A stretch of 64,000 nt of DNA from the human T2T-CHM13v2.0 reference genome, Homo sapiens. Of the stretch, positions 22,590 to 41,904 are shown in pieces. Position 1 is the stretch's first letter. The number at the start of each line of letters is the position of its first letter. The position numbers and the translations under genes are program-made. The notes beneath the pieces are model-generated. The model searched no databases. It had not been told where the DNA came from and was given only the letters and a program-made list of their open reading frames with translations. The stretch lies in NCBI RefSeq assembly GCF_009914755.1, contig NC_060943.1; one strand, 5' to 3'.

Positions 22590-22722
22590 CACACAGACAT
22601 GCACACACACACACAGGCACACAGACATGCACACACACACAGACGCACACAGACACGCACACACACAGACACGCACACAGACATACACAGAGACACGCAC
22701 ACACACACAGACACATACACGC
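22540..22722 (+). repeat. (CA)n microsatellite with degenerate CA-rich extension
   Basis: Perfect (CA)n at about 22554-22587, then cacagacatgcacacac-type units. Confidence 0.95.
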
Positions 22723-23165
22723 AGAAGAGGCCTGCTACTTTCTCACACAGGAAGCTCCAATAGCCATTGATCAAGAACGGCTGCATCCAGCTCTAGATTC
22801 CCAGGGAAAGAAAAGTTAGAGGTCACCTTGAACCAAGTGCGTGGCCCAAAGCAGCACTCCACTGCCCTGAGCAAAATCAGTTCCGTTGGCAGGAGGGAGC
22901 GGGCACGGCTGCTGGGCAGTCAACAGCTTCCATCACAGACGGCGACCCACTTTCCCCTTCCTCTCCAGCAGGATTTTCATCTTCTAGAAGTTCAAGGTGG
23001 AGACAAAGGGAAGTGACCCCGCAGGGTGTTTTATATGCTGGACAGAAGCACAGACTCCCTTCCCCAGGGGCCTGCAAATCAGGAGGTACTTACACCTCCA
23101 GTTAGGCAGAGGCCATCTGTTCACTCATATGTATAATACTAAACGAACGTCCTGGACGTTCTAGA

Positions 23166-23437
<272 letters not shown>

Positions 23438-23634
23438 CTGTTCTAGGCACTGGGAATGCATCAGTGAACAACACAGACATCCCTGCCATTCTGGAGCCAA
23501 CATTTGAGTGGTGGACCTAGCCAGTAGACAGAACGAACAACTGCTAAGAAAAATTGGAAGAAAGTAGAGTGGGTAATTAAGAAAGGCTTCCAGAAGACCG
23601 GGCTTCTCTGTCTCTATAGGGTGATTTGGGAAGG

Positions 23635-25134
<1,500 letters not shown>

Positions 25135-25358
25135 TCACAAGGCTGGGTGAATAGATGAAATGGGAATGGAAAATAGTTAGTGGTTGTTGGGGCTGATGGG
25201 TGACTCAGTCTCCTCTCTGCTTTTGAGTATGTTTGCAAATTTCCATAATAAAAAGATTTTTTAAATGAGTAAGGCTGTCAAGAAAAGTCACATGTCCCAC
25301 TTTCTGGGAGCAGTAACACGGCCATCGCAGCTCATATTTTCCTTTTCTTCCATTTCAG

Positions 25359-25668
25359 CATGGCGAGGACAACATCCTTGCTGCCTCCAGCTGGCGGGCG
25401 ACCACAGCTACTGCCTGCTCTGCGCTACTGAGCCACTCGGTCTGGAGCCCCCAGGACAGCACCTGCTTCCTGAGGTTGTCCTGGCTCAGCTGTGCACAGC
25501 GATGGTGGAGAACTGGACTCCACAGGCTCACAACCTTCCTGTCAGGTTTCAGGGCCCAGCATCCTTCATCCTGGGCCTGGCTGCCCTGAACAATGGCTGA
25601 GGGCTGGGGGACCCCATAGAGTGACACCACAGCGTACGGGGCCAGCAGCACTCCAGTGCCCGTGGACT
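25359..25668 (+). other. SIPA1L3: 5' UTR part (310 nt) of the first coding exon of SIPA1L3
   Basis: Strong acceptor ttttccttttcttccatttcag|C ending at 25358. In-frame TGA stops at 25429 and 25471 lie upstream of the ATG at 25669. Upstream non-coding exons would be outside the window. Confidence 0.85.
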
Positions 25669-27202
25669 ATGACCACCTATCGGGCCATCCCCAGCGATGG
25701 TGTGGACCTGGCAGCCAGCTGTGGCGCCAGGGTGGGCGATGTCCTCCCTGGGCCACACACAGGGGACTACGCTCCCTTGGGATTCTGGGCCCAGAATGGC
25801 AGCATGTCCCAGCCTCTTGGCGAGAGCCCGGCCACCGCCACCGCCACCGCCACCGCCACCACCCGCCCCAGCCCCACCACTCCCGCAATGCCCAAGATGG
25901 GCGTGCGCGCAAGGGTGGCCGACTGGCCGCCCAAGCGGGAGGCCCTGAGAGAGCACAGCAACCCAAGCCCCTCCCAGGACACAGATGGCACAAAGGCCAC
26001 CAAGATGGCCCATTCCATGAGGAGCATACAGAACGGACAGCCCCCCACCAGCACCCCGGCTTCCTCAGGGTCCAAAGCCTTCCACCGACTCTCCAGGAGA
26101 AGGTCCAAAGACGTGGAGTTCCAGGACGGGTGGCCCCGGTCCCCCGGCAGGGCCTTCCTCCCCCTTCGGCACCGCAGCAGCAGCGAGATCACCCTCAGCG
26201 AGTGTGACGCGGAGGACGCGGGGGAGCCGCGGGGGGCCCGGCACACGGGGGCGCTGCCCCTCTTCCGCGAGTACGGGAGCACCTCGTCCATCGACGTGCA
26301 GGGCATGCCCGAGCAGAGCTTCTTCGACATCCTGAACGAGTTCCGCAGCGAGCAGCCCGACGCCCGAGGGTGCCAGGCCCTCACCGAGCTCCTCCGGGCA
26401 GATCCTGGCCCACACCTCATGGGGGGCGGCGGCGGAGCCAAGGGGGACTCCCACAACGGGCAGCCCGCCAAGGACAGCCTCCTGCCACTGCAGCCCACGA
26501 AGGAGAAGGAGAAGGCCCGGAAGAAACCTGCGCGGGGCCTCGGCGGCGGGGACACGGTGGACTCGTCCATCTTTCGGAAGCTAAGGAGCAGCAAACCCGA
26601 GGGGGAGGCTGCGCGTTCCCCGGGGGAGGCCGACGAGGGCCGGAGCCCCCCGGAAGCCAGCAGGCCGTGGGTGTGTCAGAAGAGCTTCGCCCACTTCGAC
26701 GTGCAGAGCATGCTGTTCGACCTCAACGAGGCGGCCGCCAACAGGGTGTCGGTGTCGCAGCGGCGGAACACCACCACGGGTGCTTCGGCCGCTTCCGCCG
26801 CCTCGGCCATGGCCTCCCTCACGGCCTCGCGGGCCCACAGCCTCGGAGGCCTGGACCCGGCCTTCACCAGCACAGAGGACCTAAACTGCAAGGAGAACTT
26901 GGAGCAGGACCTCGGCGATGACAACAGCAACGACCTGCTGCTCAGCTGCCCGCACTTCCGCAATGAGATCGGGGGCGAGTGTGAGCGCAACGTGAGCTTC
27001 TCCCGGGCTTCCGTGGGCTCCCCGAGCAGCGGCGAGGGCCACCTGGCAGAGCCCGCCCTGAGCGCCTACCGCACCAACGCCAGCATCTCGGTGTTGGAAG
27101 TTCCCAAGGAGCAGCAGCGGACGCAGAGTCGGCCCCGGCAGTACAGCATCGAGCATGTGGACCTGGGCGCCCGCTACTACCAGGATTACTTCGTGGGCAA
27201 AG
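25669..27202 (+). CDS. SIPA1L3: SIPA1L3 first coding exon (codons 1-511 plus 1 nt), N-terminal SIPA1L/SPAR region
   Basis: MTTYRAIPSDGVDLAASCG... with family motifs PKMGVRARVADWPPK, RHRSSSEITLSE, EYGSTSSID, SFAHFDVQSMLFD, RRNTTTGASAA, SCPHFRNEIGGE and IEHVDLGARYY. Donor AAAG|gtgacg, phase 1, joins the next exon as ...FVGK-E-HANYFG. Confidence 0.97.
25830..27200. promoter_or_regulatory. Intragenic CpG-rich, CpG-island-like segment coinciding with the first coding exon
   Basis: Visibly high GC and CpG density compared with the CpG-depleted flanking introns; obs/exp ratio not computed. Confidence 0.65.
25831..25860 (+). repeat. Coding hexamer repeat (GCCACC)5 encoding (Ala-Thr)5
   Basis: Five perfect copies read directly. 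Confidence 0.95.
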
Positions 27203-27750
27203 GTGACGGATGGCGTGTGGGTGGGAAGGTTGGGTGGGCCGAGGCTTGCCTCCGAGACCCCCACCACTCATTCATTCACTCTGTGCCAGGCCCTGCTCTG
27301 GCACTGAGGATGTGGCGGGAACAGAGACCTCCCTTCTGGAGGGCTGTGAGGATCCGGTGAGCAGAGCCACCCGGGCCTCAGCCCTGTGTCTGACACAGCA
27401 GCACTCCATAAACCTTGAGCTACAGGACACAGCTCTGCATTTACTCAGCACATATGGACTTGGGGACAGCTCAGTGCCAGGCACTCTCTAGAGCCTGGGG
27501 ATGTAGTATCAACCAGCTTAAAACAAATGTTCTGTCTTCCTAGCACTTATAATGTTTTCATGGGTAACACAAACATAGAACAGGATAAATACGAAAAATA
27601 CACAAGGGATTGTAGGCTGCTAAATGCAGTGGAAAAGAGTACAGCAGGGAAGAAGGAAATGGAGTGTCGGAGGGTGGGGGCAGATCCCAGTGGGGGATGG
27701 TCAGAGGGGGCCTCCGAGGCAGGTGCAGTTTGAGTACCAAGCTGAAGTCA

Positions 27751-29045
<1,295 letters not shown>

Positions 29046-29069
29046 CACAGCAACTAGTTTTTAAAAATA

Positions 29070-30330
<1,261 letters not shown>

Positions 30331-30489
30331 CAAATACGTACATGAAAGGAATGTGGATCAAATAAAGATCAAATAAGATTATACATTAAAATACTTAGTT
30401 CTTTGTTAGGCAGGTAGGAAGTACTCATCCTGGAGCTTTAAAAAAAAAAGCCGTTTTCTTTTTAAAAATTTCTTTGTAGCCCTGAAAGC

Positions 30490-31277
30490 TGTTAAAGAAA
30501 AAAACGTTCTGGCCAAGCACAAGGGCTCCCTGAAAGTGTAATTCCACCACTTTCGGAGGCCGAGGTAGGATGATTACTTGCCCCAGGAGTTAGAGACCAG
30601 CCTGGGCAACATAGTGAGACCTCAAAAAAAGGTTAAAAATTTAGCCAGGTGTGGTGGTGCATGTATGTAGTCCCAACTGTTGTGGAGGCTGAGATGGGAG
30701 GATCACTTCAGCCCTAGAGGCAGAGGTTGCAGTGAGCCATGATTGCACCACTGCACTCCAGCCTGAGTGACACAGCAATACCCTGTCTCAAAAAACAAAA
30801 ACTCTTCAATAATATTTGTTAAAGCACAGTAAAGAATGTATTCAGAACCATCACAGCAGGCATAGGGACCACTGCAGCGGAGTCTGGCAGTAGGGAAGAG
30901 AGAGTGGGCTTAACTCTGAATACAGCGTAGTCAAGTAGGAATTTATAGCCAAGAAGCAAGGTGGGGATCAGTGCATGGAAGAAACTATTAAGAAGAAATG
31001 TCAGAGGTAAGGAAGATTCTGGCTAAACCAACCTAATGTTGCTGATGACACGCCAGGATGATCAGACATCACCTTTGGATGGTGGAAGATGAAGAGCTTG
31101 ATCAGGTGTTGAAGATGTCCAGATATTGAGGATAAGGTTGGGGGGCAGGGTTCTTGCTAAACTGACTTAGCGCAGGGTTCTTTGTTAAAACTGGATTTTA
31201 CAAGGAGGTGCACAGATGGGCCTAGGAGAAGATTCCAAAGCCTGACTAAAGTTTGGCCAAGCAAAGAATCTTTGTCA
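30490..31277 (-). mobile_element. Solo ERV1-class LTR (MER31/MER67-like) with an AluJ-like insert at 30511-30800
   Basis: TG...CA termini. Minus strand begins tgacaaagattctttgcttggccaaactttagtcaggc. Perfect 4-bp TSD AAGC at 30486-30489 and 31278-31281. Confidence 0.8.
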
Positions 31278-31843
31278 AAGCTAGTAAATAAGTCATTGGT
31301 CAGTGTTTATTGAGTGCCTACTATATGCTAGGATTCGCAAGGAGCTAGATATGCATTGATGGAAAAAGCAACAACCCCTGTAGCTGCTTCAGGAATAAGC
31401 TGGTATTTGTGATCTGTAGAGTACAATGTTTATTCCATTCTCTGATCAGCTGGAGATTGTTGAACCCCCTGCAGATGCTGTTCTGATCGGGGCCATTAAT
31501 TACCACACAGTATTTTGCCCTTAGACTAGCCTTTGATTTGCCAAGAGCATCTCATGAGAACCAGAACCATCAGTTAAACATTCAGTGTACCAGTACAATT
31601 TCCGGTGGTGGGTAGATGCTAACTTTGTGGACTTGGATCAAGACAGACCGCTGGCGGATACCCACACAAGCATGAGATACTTGGGTTATACATCAGGAAG
31701 AACTATTTGCCTGGAAGGGTTATAAGATAGTAGCATGTTTTAGAAAAAAAGAGGAGGCAGCTGTCAGGTAGACGAGGGAGGAGGAGGTGTGTCCCATGCC
31801 TGGCTAAAGCCTCTGTTACCCTAAGGGAAAAAACAGCAGTGTT

Positions 31844-36340
<4,497 letters not shown>

Positions 36341-36350
36341 ACCAGACTAT

Positions 36351-36492
36351 AGCATTAGGAGAAATACCTAATGTAAATGACAAGTTAATGGGTGCAGCAA
36401 ACCAACATGGCACATGTAATACCTATGGAACAAACCTGCACGTTGTGCACATGTACCCTAGAACTTAAAGTATAATATTAAAAAAAAAAAAA
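36351..36492 (+). mobile_element. Severely 5'-truncated L1PA 3' end with poly(A)
   Basis: agcattaggagaaatacctaatgta...gcacatgtaccctagaacttaaagtataat plus A-tail; TSD ccagactat at 36342-36350 and 36494-36502. Confidence 0.9.
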
Positions 36493-36961
36493 CCCAGACT
36501 ATGTCACACATACTGAGAGTCGTGAGACTTTAGTGCATGGATACTGGGTTATATAATTTTTTGCTGTGATTTCCTGTTCACTAAGTTTGAAACTGGCTTG
36601 ATGCCATTCCCAGTGTGTACCTGCTCCCGTCCACTTCCCACCCCCAGCACCTACAAAACTAGCCGTGGGGGACTCTGATCCATCCCTGATGACAGCACGG
36701 GGACTCTTTGAGTCTCACAGCCACAGGCCTGGGATCCATCCATTCCACAGACATTTGCTCAGCGTTCCCCCGTCCCAGCTCTATGCTGGGCATGGAGGGT
36801 ACTGTAGCAAACAAGGCAGCAAAGATGCTCGTGAGACTGGGTGTTTGAGGGGGAGACAAAAGGACGCAGAACACCTTAGCAAATTATGCTGTAGGTGCTT
36901 CCCATGGTGACAAGGTGGGGGACAAAGCAAGGAGGAATGATGAGTGTGGCAGGTGCTTAGA

Positions 36962-37269
36962 TTTTTTTTTTTTTTTTTTTTTTTCCCGAGACGGAGTCTA
37001 GCTTTGTTCCCCAGGCTGGAGGGCAGTGGCGTGATCTCTGCTCACCACAAGCTCCGCCTCCCAGGTTCACGCCATTCTCCTGCCTCAGCCTCCTGAGTAG
37101 CTGGGACTACAGGCTCCCACTACCACACCCTGCTAATTTTTTGTATTTTTAGTAGAGACGGGGTTTCACTGTGTTAGGCAGGATGGTCTCAATCTCCTGA
37201 CCTGGTGATCTACCCGCCTCAGCCTCCCAAAGTGCCGGGATTACAGGCATGAGCCACCACACCTGGCCC
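36962..37269 (-). mobile_element. AluY-like element inserted in an L2 relic
   Basis: caagctccgcc and ggatggtctcaatctcc; TSD caggtgcttagatttt. Confidence 0.85.
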
Positions 37270-38338
37270 AGGTGCTTAGATTTTTAACAGGAAGGTCAAG
37301 GGAGGCATCACTGGGAAGGTAACACTGGAGTAAACCTAGAGGAGGGGAGAGGGAGCTGTGTGGACAACTGGAAGAAGAGCATTCCAGGCAGAGCGAACAG
37401 CCAGTGCAGAGGTCCTGAGGCGGAGCCATGCTCCGTGGGTTGGAGACGTCCTGTGAGTCCTAGTTTGACCACTCAGCAGTTCTAGAACCTTGGGCACATG
37501 GCTCCTTTCCTCTCAGAGCCTCAGTTTCCCCCTTGGAAATTCTCAGCTTACAGAACTGTGTTGTGGGCTCGGTGAGGTTGCACATACCAAGCAGGCAGTG
37601 GGGGACCTGACACTTGACTGGAAGTGATTATGATCGGCACCACTGTTGCAGCCGATGTTCCTTCCCGGGAGGTCAGAGCCCCATGCTGGGAAGCATAGGT
37701 TGAGCTCACGGATGGGGTTCTGTCCTTCTCATATCCACACACACACATGCCTTGGGGTCCTGTAAACCAGGGCATAGGGGCCAGAGCGAGAGGTCTGGGC
37801 TGCCTTCCAAGCCAGCCAGCCTGCCCCAGATGGCCGTCCCCGGCCGCCAAGCAGACAGTCTCGAGTGGACCTGCATCTCCCAGCAGATGGGATATGAGCA
37901 TTGGCAGTGCCAGGCTCCCCACCAAGGCAGGAACAGACTTGGAGCTGGGCTTTGGCACTGCTTGTCCAAACCCCAGAGAGCCTGGACAGGGTGAGCGCCA
38001 GGCCAGGGCTGCCCTGTCTCAGGTCCCTTTGGCACTTTCTCACCCAGGACACTGGGGACAGAGTGGGGATGGCAACCAGCCAGGAACTGTGTGGCACCCC
38101 CCCACAAGGCCCAGTGGTTCTCATTGGCCTAGAACACGTGATTTTTGACAGGCTTTAGTTCTGATAGGGTTAGAGATTTGGGTTTTTATTTTATTGGTTT
38201 TTCTTTTTTATTTAAAAAGTACCAAACGCTCATTATTAAGAACTTAGACAATACATAAGTATGCAAAGTAGAAAAAGGAAAGTTTCATTAGTGAAAAAAG
38301 CAAGTGTGACCCCGTTTTTGTTCAATAGGTACATCTGA

Positions 38339-38703
<365 letters not shown>

Positions 38704-39066
38704 TAGGGGGAAAAGCAAAAAAATGTAGCTTCCTGCTTAAGGTTAAAAAATTTAAAACTCAGCTAGGTGCAGTGGCTCACACCTGTAATCCCAGCACTTT
38801 GGGAAGCTGAGGCGGGAAGATTGCTTGAGCCCAGGAATTTGAGACCAACCTGGACGACGTAGCGAGACCCCATCTCTATTAAAAATAAATTAATTGCCAG
38901 GCGTGGTAGCTCACGCCTGTAATCCCAGCACTTTTGGAGGCCTACGCAGGTGGATCACCTGAGGTCAGGGGTTCGAGACCAGCCTGGTCAACATGGCAAA
39001 ACTCCATCTCTACTAAAAATACAAAAATTAGCTGGGCATGGTGGCACACACCTGTAATCCCAGCTA

Positions 39067-39219
<153 letters not shown>

Positions 39220-39994
39220 TTAAAACTATTAACTATGCATGTGGCTTTGTACATAAACATTTAACACACATCTACAGATAATAATGGTTAACACACATTG
39301 AGCTCTCACTCTGTACCCAAGATACAGCACTAAGCATTATGCACGGATCTTTTTGAATCCTTTCATTGCCTTGAGGCAGGCATTTTTATCCCCATTTTAT
39401 CAATGAGGAAATAGGGAAATTAAGCGACTTGCCCAGAGTCACACAGCTAGGGAGGAGCTAGAGCTAGAATTCAAACCCAGGCAGACCACCTCCTAAGTAA
39501 CCTCCTAGGAAATGTTCTTGAAGGGTACACCTGCCGCCCAGCACAGAGTCAAGCGGGGAGTACGTCTGAGTCAGGAGTGAGTGGGGATAACCTGTACCAG
39601 CTGGAACCTCCTTGTTTGCATGGTACTGTGTGCCTTTCACAGCTCACTTGATTTGTTGCCCTCGACTAGCTGATGCCAGATGTTTTCAGGCTCTGAGCAG
39701 AGGAAGGCTGTGATCTGACTCAGGCAGCTGTAGAAAGAATGGACTGGGGACAGGGCAGGGGCAGGGAGACCTGGAGGAGGCTGCTGTCCAGGTGGGAGGT
39801 GATGGTGGGGGTGACCAGGTGGAGAGTGAGGTGGCCACTCATGACCTGCCAGTGTCCCACTTACTGTCGCCAGTGCTGAAGGAGTTTTTCAAGTAGTGCG
39901 CGCCGATGAGGTGGTCAGAGCCAAAATGTGACTGTAAGTCACCCGTCTCCAGGGAGGAAGAAGGAAGATTTCTGGTCCGTGCTGTCCCTCGTTC

Positions 39995-40008
39995 CCAGCA
40001 GAGGGCAC
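39995..40008 (+). promoter_or_regulatory. Candidate CTCF binding site
   Basis: CCAGCAGAGGGCAC is an exact match to the core consensus CCASYAGRKGGCRS, in non-Alu sequence. Confidence 0.6.
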
Positions 40009-40814
40009 TGTGGGACAGTGTCAGTAGGATATAAAGACACTGATCCTGTTGGTCTTAACTGAAACCCACAACCCCAGGGCCACCCAGATTGACAGGGCAA
40101 AGCCCCCAACATCATTGCTTTTCATGATTGGTTTTGACACTACCGTGCTTGTGATAAGAGAGATTTGTTTGTTTGTTAATTACCGGGGCCGGAAGTGGGA
40201 TCATTCTATTCCTTCCACACATGCCTCTCGCCCAGGTGCTCTTTGGTGAGGGTGGGTTGTGTGCTTAGAGGCGAAGTCATGACATGTTATTTTTGCCACC
40301 TCCTGTGTTTGTCGACTTAGGCAAGCATGTTTTTGCAGTTAATACTTATCCTCCTTAGTCTTTTTGTTGTTGTTGTTGAGATGGAGTCTCACTCTGTCGC
40401 CTAGGCTGGAGTGCAGTGGCACAATCTTGGCTCACTGCAACCTCCGCCTCCTGGGTTCAAGTGATTCTCCTGCCTCAGCCTCCTGAGTAACTGGGATTAG
40501 AGGCATGAGCCATCATGCCTGGCTAATTTTTCTATTTTAGTAGAGACAGGGTTTCACCACGTTGGCCAGGCTGGTCTCGAACTCCTGACCTAAAGTGATC
40601 CGCCCACCTCGACCTCTCAAAGTGCTGGGATTAGAGGTGTGAGCCACCGCACCTGGCCTCCTCCTTAGTCTTTAAACCACAGCCCCAAGTGTACTTTGGG
40701 TGCTTGTAACAAGCCCCCTGGAGAGGGATTTTTCTTTGTGCGTTCTTGGTGTGGTGCTGGTCCAGTGCATGGCATAACCTGGTGGCCAGCAGCATGCTGT
40801 GGCTACAAGCATGA

Positions 40815-41170
40815 GCTGGTATTAGTGAGGATGTGGAGCAGCAGGGGCTCTCAGACAGGGCTGGTGGGGTGTAAATTGGTACAACCACTTGGAAAACTGT
40901 TTGGCAGTTCAGTAAAATTGAAGATTAGCATGCCTGGTGATTTAGCAATTTCTATCCTAGGCATAAACCCAAAAGAAAAGGTGTTCGTGTGCACTGAGGT
41001 GCTTCTGTGAGGGTTCATAACAGCACTATTCACAGTTGGCAAATACTGGAAGCAGTTCTGGTGCTCATCAACAGTGAAAAGGAGTAAAACGTCAGCCTCT
41101 CGCAACAGCATAGCTGCAGCTCATATATGTAGCATTCAGAGAAAGAAGCTAGATAACAAAAGAATACAAA
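40815..41170 (+). mobile_element. Old L1M 3'-region fragment (related pieces near 45410-46130 on + and 49650-50190 on -)
   Basis: gtgaggatgtggagcagcagggg...gctggtggggtgtaaattggtacaaccacttggaaaactgtttggcagt. Confidence 0.7.
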
Positions 41171-41519
41171 CTGCCTGGCTGGGCGCAGTGGCTCACACCT
41201 GTAATCCTGGCACTTCAGGAGGCCGAGGCAGGAGGATCACTTGAGCCTAGGAGTTGCAGACCAGCCTGGGCAACATAGTGGGACTCTGTCTCTACAAAAA
41301 ATATACAAAATTAGCCAGGCATGGTGGCACATGCCTATAGTCCCAGCTGCTCAGGAGGCTGAGGCAGGGGATCTCTTGCGCCCAGGAGGTCGAGGCTGCA
41401 GTGAACCATGATTGTGCCACTCCATTCCAGCCTGGGCAACAGAGTTAGACCCTGTCTTCAAAAGAAAAAAAGAATAAAAAAATACAAACTGCCTGAAGTT
41501 CAAAAATAGACAGAAATAA

Positions 41520-41904
<385 letters not shown>

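Noticed and set aside
25767-26594. 275-aa antisense ORF and other long overlapping ORFs (25656-26207, 26370-26921, 25549-26013)
   Set aside because: Expected shadow frames of a very GC-rich coding exon; the two sense ones start at GTG, and none has a recognisable domain.
25492-27360. 622-aa ORF as a stand-alone single-exon gene
   Set aside because: It is the SIPA1L3 exon plus a GTG-started UTR stretch and 52 codons of intron read-through. Family similarity continues in the next exon after the 27202 donor, and I saw no canonical AATAAA close downstream.
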